DNA of 64,000 nucleotides from contig OZ246394.1 in assembly GCA_965230895.1 (NCBI GenBank), positions 249,316-313,315 of the forward strand, read 5' to 3'. Made by a program: the position numbers and the translations under genes. Shown here one piece after another: positions 17,576 through 26,559 of this stretch. Source of the DNA: an uncultured Gammaproteobacteria bacterium (lineage in GTDB: Bacteria > Patescibacteriota > Microgenomatia > Levybacterales > UBA12049). The notes under the pieces are model-generated. The model was not told where the DNA came from. It saw only the letters and a program-made list of their open reading frames with translations, and did not search any database. Numbering within the stretch: the first letter of the stretch is position 1; every line of letters starts with the position of its first letter.

Positions 17576-18262
17576 TTAACCTGCAGCATTCTGGATCGTA
17601 GTTCGTTCTCCTGATTGATGCATTTTACCGTTTGCGACACTGAAATCAGTTGTAGCTTTGCCACTTCTTTTACCTTTTACTGCACTCAACCATGCACCAC
17701 TATCTTCTACTTTTTGTCGAGCTTGTCGAATTACGATAAGCATCCAATCAAAGAAGGTTTTGTGATATTCACCGGCATCTACAGGAGCTTGCTCCATTGC
17801 TACTTCAGCAAATTCCATTTGAAGCACTTTTGAAGATGAAAGCAAGTTCTGCAATTCTGCTTTAATTTCTTCAACTTCATTTCTGAATGCTTGTTTCTCA
17901 GATTTCACTGAACGTTCACTATTTTGTGCTACCTCTCGGCTATAATTCATTGCAGCTTCAATATGAGGAGCTTTTTCACTTGAAGGTTTCTTTTCAGCAC
18001 TTTGTTTATGCGCTAAGGCATTAAAAATTTCGACGACACCAGCAGTATCAGGTTTTTCTTCTTTTTTTGTATCATGCTTTTCTGATTTTTGTGCTGCACC
18101 AGCTAATTCCAGACCAAGAAGTTGTTTGAGGAATGTTTTTCCAGATTCACCAGCTTCGTTCACTGCTGCTTTTCTGGCTTCTTTCGCAAGCTTCGCGCCC
18201 TGCTCTCCGATACGTTCATGAGCGGCTGCTACACCTTGTGTTTTTTGCTTTGCGCCTGCCAT
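17576..18262 (-). CDS. coiled-coil hypothetical protein (228 aa)
   Basis: Lys/Glu/Ala-rich, heptad-like. No catalytic motif. Confidence 0.45.
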   Translation of the reverse strand: MAGAKQKTQGVAAAHERIGEQGAKLAKEARKAAVNEAGESGKTFLKQLLGLELAGAAQKSEKHDTKKEEKPDTAGVVEIFNALAHKQSAEKKPSSEKAPHIEAAMNYSREVAQNSERSVKSEKQAFRNEVEEIKAELQNLLSSSKVLQMEFAEVAMEQAPVDAGEYHKTFFDWMLIVIRQARQKVEDSGAWLSAVKGKRSGKATTDFSVANGKMHQSGERTTIQNAAG

Positions 18263-18277
18263 ACTTATAGGACTTTA

Positions 18278-19147
18278 TCACAGATTCATTAATAAATCAA
18301 GCGTCTTCTGCTGTCGGAGGATTCCAGCGAGGAGATAGCGGTTTTGCTCCATACTTTGTTTCTCTTGAGGACTTTTTGCTTTTGCTATAGCCTCTTCAAT
18401 TTCTGCCTCTTCAATAGAAACTTTCTCAAGCTCTGCAATCTTTTGGAGAACAAATTCTAGCTTGATATCTTCCTCAGCACGCTTTGCGTATTCTGCTCGA
18501 AGGTCTTCTGGTTTTCTATTGGTTGTTCCGAGATATTGATCGAGACTCAAGCCTAATCGTTTAATGTCATTTAACAACTGTGAGAGCAATCGATCTGCTT
18601 CCTGATCGATAAGCACTTGCGGAACTCGTACTTTTGCGTCAGCAAGAACTGCCTTCATAATTTCATCCATTGGGGGCTTTTTAGCTTCATTTTCTTTACC
18701 TGGGACGATAATTTTACTCTTTGCAGTAACATCTTTTACATTCTTTTTGTAGTCTCCTGCGTTCACTTCAGGCATTTCACATGTTAATGCGTTGAAAACC
18801 CAGTCCTGGCCTTCCTCGATCTTTTCTACATGCATCTTTGGATTCATAATTGGTTTGAGTTTGTGCTCTTCAACTGCTTTCATGTACGCATCAGGGAGTA
18901 ATCTCTTAAGGATTTCTTCCTGAACTGCTTCTGGATTCAATTGACTTGCTGCTAAATTAGTTGGTGCTTTGCCTTTTCTGAAGCCTGCAACGTTTGTTTG
19001 CTTTGCTAAATCGTCGATAACAACTGAGCCTACTTTTGCGATATCTGCTTGTGGGATAACGAGGGTTACTTTGATAGTTCCGTCTTCAAGTTTTTCAACT
19101 CCTGGTTTGAGTGTCTTTTCTGCTGTCTTTGGTTCTGCTTTTGCCAT
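18278..19147 (-). CDS. tig: trigger factor (short form lacking a recognisable PPIase domain)
   Basis: VTLVIPQADIAKVGSVVIDDLAKQTNVAGFRKGKAP carries the ribosome-binding GFRxGxxP signature. Only 289 aa. Confidence 0.7.
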   Translation of the reverse strand: MAKAEPKTAEKTLKPGVEKLEDGTIKVTLVIPQADIAKVGSVVIDDLAKQTNVAGFRKGKAPTNLAASQLNPEAVQEEILKRLLPDAYMKAVEEHKLKPIMNPKMHVEKIEEGQDWVFNALTCEMPEVNAGDYKKNVKDVTAKSKIIVPGKENEAKKPPMDEIMKAVLADAKVRVPQVLIDQEADRLLSQLLNDIKRLGLSLDQYLGTTNRKPEDLRAEYAKRAEEDIKLEFVLQKIAELEKVSIEEAEIEEAIAKAKSPQEKQSMEQNRYLLAGILRQQKTLDLLMNL

Positions 19148-19227
19148 AGTTAATCAAAAAATGAGCTCATCGCTCACTTTCATTACCCAGATTATAATCT
19201 ATTTTGCTTCTCGGATCAAGTTCATTG

Positions 19228-19309
19228 TGCGGGTGAGAGGATTCGAACCTCCACGTCTTTTGGACACTAGTTCCTAAAACTAGCGTGTCTACCATTTCAC
19301 CACACCCGC
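19228..19309 (-). tRNA. tRNA-Leu (anticodon TAG)
   Basis: Acceptor GCGGGTG/CACCCGC, anticodon stem CTAGT/ACTAG with loop TTTAGGA, long variable arm, T-loop TTCGAAT. Confidence 0.85.
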
Positions 19310-19331
19310 GGTAAAACGTATTATACTCAAT

Positions 19332-19910
19332 TTAGAGCGCGAGTGAAAGAGAAATGTTCGGTCTATTCTCTACTTCAGCTGCAACAGCATCAATTTCACT
19401 CATGAAACGAAGCGTCTTCACTGGCCAATTCGGGTCGGCGGCATATTTCGCACCGATCTGGTAGACATTTGTTTCTTCAGAATCATAGAGATAATCTGTT
19501 CGGATAGCCTTTGAAACCGTTGCAATACCATCATCCCACGAGGCAAATCGTCGGACATTATTTCCGTATACGCCATAACCCCATGCATTAAAGGAATATG
19601 CTGGAATTGCTTGTCCAAATGTTGATTCTCCACCAGCAATGGCTGCAATCAATCTCCAGTCAAGGTTATTTTTATCTGCTTCATCGATAAAAGTTTGCGC
19701 ATGAGCCGCAAGGGGTGAATTGTATGATTCAAGATACGTTTTTAGAATTTCAGCACGGTTATCTTTCTCCACATGTGGTGGAGTTACTGGTGCATTTGAA
19801 TGCGCAAGCACGGCAGAAGAACCTTTGGTAAGGTTAGCTTCGACTGTCTGGGGAGTAAACGCAGCTAGGAGCGTAAATGCTGCGAGGAAAAGAAATAATT
19901 TTCTTTTCAT
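19332..19910 (-). CDS. secreted peptidoglycan hydrolase, glucosaminidase-like domain
   Basis: Signal peptide. LIAAIAGGESTFGQAIPAYSFNAWGYGVYG matches the ExxWGxS...NNxFG pattern of the mannosyl-glycoprotein endo-beta-N-acetylglucosaminidase family. Confidence 0.55.
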   Translation of the reverse strand: MKRKLFLFLAAFTLLAAFTPQTVEANLTKGSSAVLAHSNAPVTPPHVEKDNRAEILKTYLESYNSPLAAHAQTFIDEADKNNLDWRLIAAIAGGESTFGQAIPAYSFNAWGYGVYGNNVRRFASWDDGIATVSKAIRTDYLYDSEETNVYQIGAKYAADPNWPVKTLRFMSEIDAVAAEVENRPNISLSLAL

Positions 19911-20133
19911 AATGGTTTCCTTTCTGATTACGATACGTAATCTTGTTTACCCACCTTCGTTTACTTTTTGCCTTAGTTCATTCGAACTGCGGCTCTAAGA
20001 GCACTCCTGGTGGGTTGAGTTTTTATTCAATAAAAAACTCAAAAAAAATCCTCTCGTAAGTGTTTTGGGCACTTACCAGAGGATCTGTTTGGTATTATAC
20101 ATTTAACTATAGGTTTTGTCAAGGGGGTGTATA

Positions 20134-20709
20134 CTATTCCAATTCTTCCATGAAATGGCGTACACTAAAGGCCCAACTCCCATTACTTGAGGGAGTGTAC
20201 ATAGTCATAATTTGTTCTGGTGTCACTAATCCTTTTGGCTTGTAACGAGTGGCTAAACCTTTTGTTACAGTATAGATTCCTTCTTTGTAATCCTTGAATT
20301 TTGTAATCTTTGATCCATAGATTCCATATCCCCAGCAATTGTATGAGCCGTGAGGGATTTTCTTGCATACATTGGACTCTTGCATTGCGATAGCTGGAAT
20401 AAGGCGGTGATCAATTCCATACATGTCTGCGGCCTCTACAATGTCACCAGCATAGGCTTCCATAGGTGAATTGTGCGCTTCAAGAAACTGTCTCACCTTT
20501 TCTTTTCTCCCATCTTCTTGTTCTACTTCTCCAGCCATAGTGTTCTGTGATGTCGGCAAAGCTGCGTAAGCTACTGTGTTTGTCCCAAGGACTTCAACAG
20601 AAGATGCTTTGGTTTGATGCTGATATGCAATTAAAATGCCTATGAGGGAAAACACCATTACAAATGGGGCGACAAAGAAGAGAGCAGTACTGAAAAGTAT
20701 CTTCTTCAT
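20134..20709 (-). CDS. membrane-anchored glucosaminidase-like peptidoglycan hydrolase (paralog of 19332-19910)
   Basis: LIPAIAMQESNVCKKIPHGSYNCWGYGIYG aligns with the neighbouring gene. Confidence 0.55.
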   Translation of the reverse strand: MKKILFSTALFFVAPFVMVFSLIGILIAYQHQTKASSVEVLGTNTVAYAALPTSQNTMAGEVEQEDGRKEKVRQFLEAHNSPMEAYAGDIVEAADMYGIDHRLIPAIAMQESNVCKKIPHGSYNCWGYGIYGSKITKFKDYKEGIYTVTKGLATRYKPKGLVTPEQIMTMYTPSSNGSWAFSVRHFMEELE

Positions 20710-20769
20710 GGGTTAACTCATATAATCACATACCATACAAGAGATTGTCAAGGGAAATACTTTCTGATA

Positions 20770-20853
20770 AAATCGTTTTTAGGCTAAGAAGCCCTGATGC
20801 TGGAATTGGTAGACAGGCTAGCTTCAGGTGCTAGTGTCAGTAATGGTGTGTGA
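20770..20853 (+). tRNA. tRNA-Leu (anticodon CAG)
   Basis: Acceptor GCCCTGA/TCAGGGC, anticodon stem CTAGC/GCTAG with loop TTCAGGT, long variable arm, T-loop TTCGAGT. Confidence 0.85.
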
Positions 20854-20902
20854 GTTCGAGTCTCTCTCAGGGCACATACTATCAACTATAATATAGTGTG
20901 GA

Positions 20903-20946
20903 CCTGCCTGCCGGCAGGCAGGGGTTCGACTCCTCTCTTGGGCACC
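20903..20946 (+). other. tRNA 3'-end remnant (T-arm + 3' acceptor: GGGGTTCGACTCCTCTCTTGGGCACC) preceded by a perfect 20-bp palindrome cctgcctgccggcaggcagg
   Basis: Resembles the 3' end of the adjacent tRNA-Leu(CAG) (TTCGAGTCTCTCTCAGGGCAC) with several changes; no 5' half. Typical of duplicated att-site scars left by tRNA-targeting integrases. Confidence 0.5.
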
Positions 20947-20972
20947 GAGCCAAACTCAGTTAAGAAAACAAT

Positions 20973-21055
20973 GCGGATGTGGTGAAATGGTATACACGCT
21001 ACCTTGAGGTGGTAGTGCTCGCAAGGGCGTGGAGGTTCAACTCCTCTCATCCGCA
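20973..21055 (+). tRNA. tRNA-Leu (anticodon GAG)
   Basis: Acceptor GCGGATG/CATCCGC, anticodon stem CTACC/GGTAG with loop TTGAGGT, long variable arm, T-loop TTCAACT. The last 19 nt overlap the stop-proximal codons of the convergent recombinase gene. Confidence 0.85.
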
Positions 21056-22569
21056 CTGAAGGAGAACTCCTCCGATTCGAATGCTCGAATAGACTGATAT
21101 ATCGGACTAATTGAAGTGTTGTAGTAGTCTGGATAGCCCCATCTGAGTCCCTCAGGGAAAATTGAACACAGTAAGACACGGAGCTGGCTAAGTGTAGACA
21201 TTTGGTATGTTTTTCCTAAATTTACAAATTTCTCTTTCATAAAAGTAATAATAATTTCAAGATTATATTTAGCAAGCAAAGCATCATCCTTTGTAATATG
21301 AAGAGCTGCTATTTGATCTTCAATAAGTTTATTCTGTTCTTTGAATATTTCATCTGAATAAGTTCCATTTAAATTCTTTTGTATAAGCTGTTGACGCATT
21401 TCAGAAAGTCTCTGCATCTCTTTATCTGCTTCATCTCTGCGTTTTTGTAGTTGTGCTACTCGTGCATAATAAGTTCTTCTAAGCAGTGCTATAAAAGCGT
21501 TAAGTGCTTCTTGCGTTGGTGTTATGCCTGATAAATAATGTGCAAGTTCTTTATGTGCTTTATCAGCAGAGATAGAGGTAGGTTTTGGACATTTTTGACA
21601 ACGATAGTAAGCATACTTCATACGTTTCCCTTTACTCCATCCTCCTGTCACAGGATTGCTACATCTATGGCAAATAAGTAGTCTTCGGAGTGGAAATTCC
21701 GCATTATCCTTATTTCTCCTGGTTAATGGAATATTTATATTAGTATTTCTGCCGTCAATCGCTGCCTGAACTCGATAGAAAAGAGCTTCTGATACCATTG
21801 GCAGGTGTTGTCCTTTCACTTCTTCAGGGTACTTTTCTGAGGATAGTATCCCAATATAAAATTTATTGCGAAACATTCGACTTAATGCTTGCTCTCGTAC
21901 AATATGTTTTTTCCCAGCAAAGTTTTGTCTCACTCCCCTATCATTCATTAATTTTGCCATTTCTTTTAATGTCTTTGTTCCTGTTGCCATAAGTTCCCAT
22001 GCAGCTTTTACTTTATCCCATGTTTGTGGATTTTTGACTGCATAACCATTCTCATTTTTGTATCCTAATGGCGGTGTTCCGCTCGTAAGTCCTGCCAAAA
22101 ATCGTGCTCGTAGACCGTTTTTAGTTCGCTCACTTCGTACATCATTATCCATTTGTGCAAAGCTAGCAAGCATAGACTCAATAAAGCGTTCTGTTGGTGT
22201 ATTTCCTGTTGGTTCTGAAGCTGAAAGTATCATTATGCCATAATCTGAAAGCTTTTTCCTAATGGCTAAATAGTCTTGCAACTGTCGGGATATACGATCC
22301 AATCTGTAGACAATTAAAGCATCAATATTCTGTTTGTTCTTTCTGCAATATTCCATAAGTTCCTTAAGCACAGGTCTTCCTGAAATATTTTTTGCAGATT
22401 TCCCTTCTTCTTTAAATACCTTAATAACTGTTAACCCTTTTCTTTCTGCTTCTTGCCTGCAAATTTTTTCTTGGGTTCCGAGTGAGAAATTATCTACTTG
22501 TTCTTCGCTTGAGACTCGAATATATGCAATTGATTGTTTAGTGCCTTTTGTAAAAGTTATTGATTCCAT
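21037..22569 (-). CDS. large serine recombinase (resolvase/invertase catalytic domain + recombinase domain + zinc-ribbon/coiled-coil)
   Basis: 510 aa. IAYIRVSSEEQVDNFSLGTQE (catalytic Ser motif), ...RLDRISR..., and downstream Cys pairs (CHRCSNP...CQKC). Confidence 0.85.
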   Translation of the reverse strand: MESITFTKGTKQSIAYIRVSSEEQVDNFSLGTQEKICRQEAERKGLTVIKVFKEEGKSAKNISGRPVLKELMEYCRKNKQNIDALIVYRLDRISRQLQDYLAIRKKLSDYGIMILSASEPTGNTPTERFIESMLASFAQMDNDVRSERTKNGLRARFLAGLTSGTPPLGYKNENGYAVKNPQTWDKVKAAWELMATGTKTLKEMAKLMNDRGVRQNFAGKKHIVREQALSRMFRNKFYIGILSSEKYPEEVKGQHLPMVSEALFYRVQAAIDGRNTNINIPLTRRNKDNAEFPLRRLLICHRCSNPVTGGWSKGKRMKYAYYRCQKCPKPTSISADKAHKELAHYLSGITPTQEALNAFIALLRRTYYARVAQLQKRRDEADKEMQRLSEMRQQLIQKNLNGTYSDEIFKEQNKLIEDQIAALHITKDDALLAKYNLEIIITFMKEKFVNLGKTYQMSTLSQLRVLLCSIFPEGLRWGYPDYYNTSISPIYQSIRAFESEEFSFSADERS

Positions 22570-22571
22570 GA

Positions 22572-22919
22572 TTATTTTTCGTTGAGTACTTCTTTTAGAG
22601 TCATCCCACTAAAGAGATCTTTTTCAAATTCATCGAGCCATGTATCTATAAGGAATTGAAACTCTGTAGTTACACATTGGATCTTTTCATCAGAAAAATC
22701 TTTCCCTTTTTCTCCAAACATCTTGCGCATTTTTATAACAGTATTTTCTTCTACACCATGGAAAAAGATGTCTTTCAAGCTATTTTCAAGAGGATTAAAT
22801 ATGTCGGCAGGTGGAGAGGCTATATCGGGACTTTCTTTTTGAGGAGTTTTTATATCAGAAGAAATAGAGGTTTCAAATATGGATAATTGTGGTAAGTTTA
22901 TATCTTGCATGATGTTCAA
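22572..22919 (-). CDS. hypothetical protein (115 aa), immediately upstream of and co-oriented with the recombinase
   Basis: Stop is 2 nt before the recombinase ATG. Acidic; could be a recombination directionality factor (speculative). Confidence 0.45.
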   Translation of the reverse strand: MNIMQDINLPQLSIFETSISSDIKTPQKESPDIASPPADIFNPLENSLKDIFFHGVEENTVIKMRKMFGEKGKDFSDEKIQCVTTEFQFLIDTWLDEFEKDLFSGMTLKEVLNEK

Positions 22920-22922
22920 TAA

Positions 22923-23035
22923 CTATCTCCTTAGGGATAGTATATATCTCTATCGGGATAGTGTTCAGTCAATATAAATGATTATTTTTATTGTCTTTCC
23001 GATAATGGCAATCAATAAAGATTATTGCCATAGTT
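22923..23035. promoter_or_regulatory. operator-like repeats in the divergent recombinase-operon / XRE promoter region
   Basis: actatc-N8-gatagt and ctatc-gg-gatag palindromes (gggatagt repeated 30 nt apart), plus aatggcaat-N14-attgccata inverted repeat. Confidence 0.4.
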
Positions 23036-23042
23036 CTTTCAT

Positions 23043-23291
23043 ATGTCATTTTTAGGAAATGATTCTGCAAAAACTCGTGAGCTTAAGAAAGAAGATTATG
23101 CTTTAGCTGAGAAAATCCAAAGATTTCGTAGAGAAAGAGGGATGACTCAAGAAGAACTTTCTGAAAAGATAGGCAGGAATTCTTCATATATTGCTTATGT
23201 TGAAACCCATAGAAGAGGCTTAAGTTTGCCTGTTGTTTATAAACTTGCACGAGTTTTAAAAGTGAAATTGAAAGAGTTGTTTGATTTCTAG
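23043..23291 (+). CDS. XRE-family HTH transcriptional regulator
   Basis: 82 aa. RRERGMTQEELSEKIGRNSSYIAYVETHRRGLSLPVVYKLARVL. Confidence 0.8.
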   Translation: MSFLGNDSAKTRELKKEDYALAEKIQRFRRERGMTQEELSEKIGRNSSYIAYVETHRRGLSLPVVYKLARVLKVKLKELFDF

Positions 23292-23299
23292 TTTAAGTT

Positions 23300-23375
23300 G
23301 CTCCTCAGTATAGACTTGAACTACAACCTTCTCGTAAACTGCGAGCTGCTCTACCAATTAAGCTACCGAGGAATA
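23300..23375 (-). tRNA. tRNA-like gene, most likely tRNA-Asn (GTT), with an atypical anticodon loop (CAGTTTA)
   Basis: Acceptor TCCTCGG/CTGAGGA (one G-U), D-arm GCTT-AATTGGTA-GAGC, T-arm TGTAG-TTCAAGT-CTATA. The anticodon stem has a 27-43 mismatch and A33/T37 in the loop, so identity is uncertain. Confidence 0.5.
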
Positions 23376-23383
23376 TTATTATC

Positions 23384-24574
23384 TTAAAATTGTAACAGAA
23401 TTTTTAGTTTCTTGACGGCTTCTTTGATTTCTTGCTTTGATGCACTTGAGAAGGAAATTCGGATATTCGAAGAATATTTATCACCGAAATAATTCCCTGG
23501 AACAATTGCTATGCCTTGGTCAAGTAATGCATCACAAAAATCTTGTGCATCACGAATCAATTTCCCTGCAATAGTTTTGCCGAAGAAAGAACTTATATTA
23601 GGAAATAAGAAGACTGCCCCTTCTCCATCAATATCTTTGAATCCTTGTATATCTCTTAATCCATCTTTAAGCAATGATTTCCTCTCACTAAATTTATTAA
23701 TTGTAGCTAAAAGAGATTTTTGATCTCCAGCCCAAGCTTCTATTGCCGCGACTTGTGCAAAAGAAACCGGGTTAGCTGTTACTTGTGCTTGTAACATCGA
23801 CATTGTCTTTATTACTTTATTATTCCCACATATAAATCCTATTCTAAACCCGCTCATTGAGTAATCTTTTGAAGTCGAACCAATCGTGAACGTTCTGTTA
23901 AATGCATCCTGCGAGATTGTTGCTATTGGAATATGTTTATTATTCCCATATGTAAAATTCGCCATTGTTTCATCAGAAATAATAAATAAATTCTTTTCAT
24001 TTGCCACATCAGCTATCATTTCAAGCGTTTTCTTTTTGTAAACACGGCCTGTGGGATTAGAAGGACTATTAATAATAATTATTTTAGTTTTTGGAGATAT
24101 AACTTCCAAAAGTTCTTTTTTTGTTGGTTCAAAATTATTCTCTTCTTGTGTATTAACAATAACTGGGATTCCACCCGCAATTTTTACTTGTTCTATATAA
24201 GTTTCCCAATAAGGAGCAAGTATTATTGTTTCATCACCCGTATTTAGAAGTGAGAAAATGCTGTTAAATAGTGCGTGTTTTGAGCCACAAGAAATAAGGC
24301 AATCAATTTGCGGATTATACTGCAAGTTATATTTTTTACGTAGCATGTGACATACTGTTTCTTTAAGTTCAATAATTCCTGAGTAAGTTGTATATTTTGT
24401 TTGGTTATCTTGAATTGCCTTAATTGCAATATCTTTAATATTTTGTGGAGTTTTTACATTAGTTTCAATTGTATCTAATCGAATAATTTTCTTGCCATTG
24501 CTTTCAAGAATTTTTATTTTCTCTTTAATAACATTTGTTGGTGAAATTCGTATGTCCTTAAGATTGTTCCGCAT
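23384..24574 (-). CDS. class I/II PLP-dependent aminotransferase (aspartate-aminotransferase fold)
   Basis: 396 aa. ...IINSPSNPTGRVY... and ...TFTIGSTSKDYSMSGFRIGF... (PLP-lysine region). AT-rich codon usage. Confidence 0.75.
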   Translation of the reverse strand: MRNNLKDIRISPTNVIKEKIKILESNGKKIIRLDTIETNVKTPQNIKDIAIKAIQDNQTKYTTYSGIIELKETVCHMLRKKYNLQYNPQIDCLISCGSKHALFNSIFSLLNTGDETIILAPYWETYIEQVKIAGGIPVIVNTQEENNFEPTKKELLEVISPKTKIIIINSPSNPTGRVYKKKTLEMIADVANEKNLFIISDETMANFTYGNNKHIPIATISQDAFNRTFTIGSTSKDYSMSGFRIGFICGNNKVIKTMSMLQAQVTANPVSFAQVAAIEAWAGDQKSLLATINKFSERKSLLKDGLRDIQGFKDIDGEGAVFLFPNISSFFGKTIAGKLIRDAQDFCDALLDQGIAIVPGNYFGDKYSSNIRISFSSASKQEIKEAVKKLKILLQF

Positions 24575-24671
24575 TGGAGTTTTATACTAAAAGTAGAGTT
24601 AATAGTTATTTTCCATCTTGAAAAAAATAGCTATGTTTGAGATTATACACTAATCGCTCTAGCTTTATATA

Positions 24672-26006
24672 ATGAAAAAAAAGTATATCATACATTTAGA
24701 GAAATTATTACAGAACAAGCATAAAGAGAATGAAGCGATTGCACTCCCCTGTTGGATAAAAGGAAAACGACTCTATAAAGACGTAATGTTTCTAGACATA
24801 ACTGATTCCACTGGCACTATTCAAGTTATTGCAAAAAAAGATCTAATGGGCGAAGAAGATTTTAAGCGTTTAAAAAATACTCCTCAGGAATCTTGTATAG
24901 AAGTAGAATGTGTTGCATCAACAGATCCAGTTAGTAAAGAAAAGAGTATTTTTATTAAGAAGTTCAATTTAGTGGGTGAATGGAAATTGAAATTACAGCC
25001 AGGACCTCGTTCTGATTTTGACGTTTTCTCCTCGGAGAACTCTGATTTTCTTCTTAAAAATAGACATCTTTATATCAGAAATCCAAAAGTAATGGCTATG
25101 TTAAAGTTTCGACATCAAATGATGGGTGCTGTACATGAGTGGTATCGAAAAAATGGATTTATAGAGATTACTGCTCCAGTTTTGACACAACTTCCTTTAT
25201 ATGAAGATGGGAGCGCGCTTTCTCTTAAAATTGATAAGGATGATATTTATCTAACGCAATGTGTAGGATTTTACTTAGAGAGTGCAGTTGCAGCATTTGA
25301 GAAAGTATATAATATTGGTCCGAGTTTTCGCGGTGAAGAAAGTAGAAGCAAACGGCATTTGATGGAATATTGGCATATCAAAGCAGAAGTCGCATTTATT
25401 AATTTAGAGGAAGGTCAAAAGATGGTTGAAGATTTATTAGCATTTATTGTTAATGATCTTATGGAGAATGGTCAAGATATTCTCAAAACGTTAAATGCTC
25501 AACCTGCGCTAGAGATATTAAAAGCACCTTTCCCTAAAATTACTTATCGTGAAGCAGTTAAATTACTTAATGATAATGGACACTCTTTTACATTTGGCAA
25601 AAGTCTGAGTTCTTTAGAAGAAGGCATTCTAGCAGAAAAGTTTACGACTCCTTTTTGGGTTGTGGGTATTCCGAAATCTTTAGAGCCATTTCCTTATGTC
25701 ATAGATCCAAAAGATGCTGAGGTCACAAGAGTCTCAGATCTTATTGCTCCAAGAGGGTATGGAGAGCTTTTAGGAGTAGCCGAAAAGATATATGATATTG
25801 ATGAACTTAACTCAAGAATGAAAGATAAAGGGAAACTTGATAATAAAAATTACAAATGGGTTCAAGAATTACGAGAATCTGGATATTTTCCACATGTTGG
25901 TTTTGGAATGGGAGTTGAAAGATTTATCCGTTATATTCTTGGGCAAGAACATGTTCGAGATGCAATACCTTTCCCTCGAGTATTTCGAAGAAAAATATAT
26001 CCATAA
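24672..26006 (+). CDS. class IIb aminoacyl-tRNA-synthetase homolog, AsnRS/AspRS-like (with N-terminal OB-fold)
   Basis: 444 aa. N-terminal OB-like segment (LPCWIKGKRLYKDVMFLDITDSTGTIQVIAKKD), motif 2-like FRGEESRSKRHLMEYWHIKAEVAF, motif 3-like GFGMGVERFIRYILG. Confidence 0.65.
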   Translation: MKKKYIIHLEKLLQNKHKENEAIALPCWIKGKRLYKDVMFLDITDSTGTIQVIAKKDLMGEEDFKRLKNTPQESCIEVECVASTDPVSKEKSIFIKKFNLVGEWKLKLQPGPRSDFDVFSSENSDFLLKNRHLYIRNPKVMAMLKFRHQMMGAVHEWYRKNGFIEITAPVLTQLPLYEDGSALSLKIDKDDIYLTQCVGFYLESAVAAFEKVYNIGPSFRGEESRSKRHLMEYWHIKAEVAFINLEEGQKMVEDLLAFIVNDLMENGQDILKTLNAQPALEILKAPFPKITYREAVKLLNDNGHSFTFGKSLSSLEEGILAEKFTTPFWVVGIPKSLEPFPYVIDPKDAEVTRVSDLIAPRGYGELLGVAEKIYDIDELNSRMKDKGKLDNKNYKWVQELRESGYFPHVGFGMGVERFIRYILGQEHVRDAIPFPRVFRRKIYP

Positions 26007-26011
26007 AGATT

Positions 26012-26521
26012 ATGACAAATACAAAATATTCTATTGAACCTCTCGACATTAAACATGCAGACCCACTTACTAATTGGTTTAATACATTTGTTGATCAAGA
26101 TCTAGGTGTTGTAGAGAATTTTCATGTAACCGTGGATTCCGAAAGGAGTTATATTGAAGATTACCTCTCTACAATTAAGACAGGCGAACCTATGTCATAT
26201 ATTATTTCCCATGATGAAATTATTGTTGGAAAAGTCGATATCCGTCCGTTTTCAAGATATATTGATAAACATGTTGTGGAGTTAGGTTTTGGAATGCTAA
26301 AGGACCATCCTGAAGCAGGTAAGCAACTCCTTCAATTTATTGAAGAACCTTTGAAGAAAAGAAATCTCGAAGTTGTACTCTATTTTATTTTAGCTCGTAA
26401 TAATTATTTTAGAGAACTTTTCAAACTATCTGGGTTTAAAGAAGTTGGTAAAATTGATAACTTTTATAAAGTAGATGAAGGTTATGACGCAAGAATTATT
26501 TTAGAAAAGATTTTGAAATAA
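26012..26521 (+). CDS. GNAT-like acetyltransferase-fold protein (tentative)
   Basis: 169 aa, 6 nt after the aaRS-like stop. Beta-strand/helix pattern and VVELGFGM... segment consistent with the acyl-CoA N-acyltransferase fold; weak. Confidence 0.35.
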   Translation: MTNTKYSIEPLDIKHADPLTNWFNTFVDQDLGVVENFHVTVDSERSYIEDYLSTIKTGEPMSYIISHDEIIVGKVDIRPFSRYIDKHVVELGFGMLKDHPEAGKQLLQFIEEPLKKRNLEVVLYFILARNNYFRELFKLSGFKEVGKIDNFYKVDEGYDARIILEKILK

Positions 26522-26559
26522 TTACTTCACTTATTGCTATATTTTCTCATTACTCAAGT

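Noticed and set aside
18969-19277. 102-aa plus-strand ORF ending ...RGFEPPRLLDTSS
   Set aside because: Its 3' part is simply a translation through tRNA-Leu(TAG); no gene.
20886-21179. 97-aa minus-strand ORF across the tRNA remnant and tRNA-Leu(GAG)
   Set aside because: Runs through tRNA sequence and overlaps the recombinase 3' end; artefactual.
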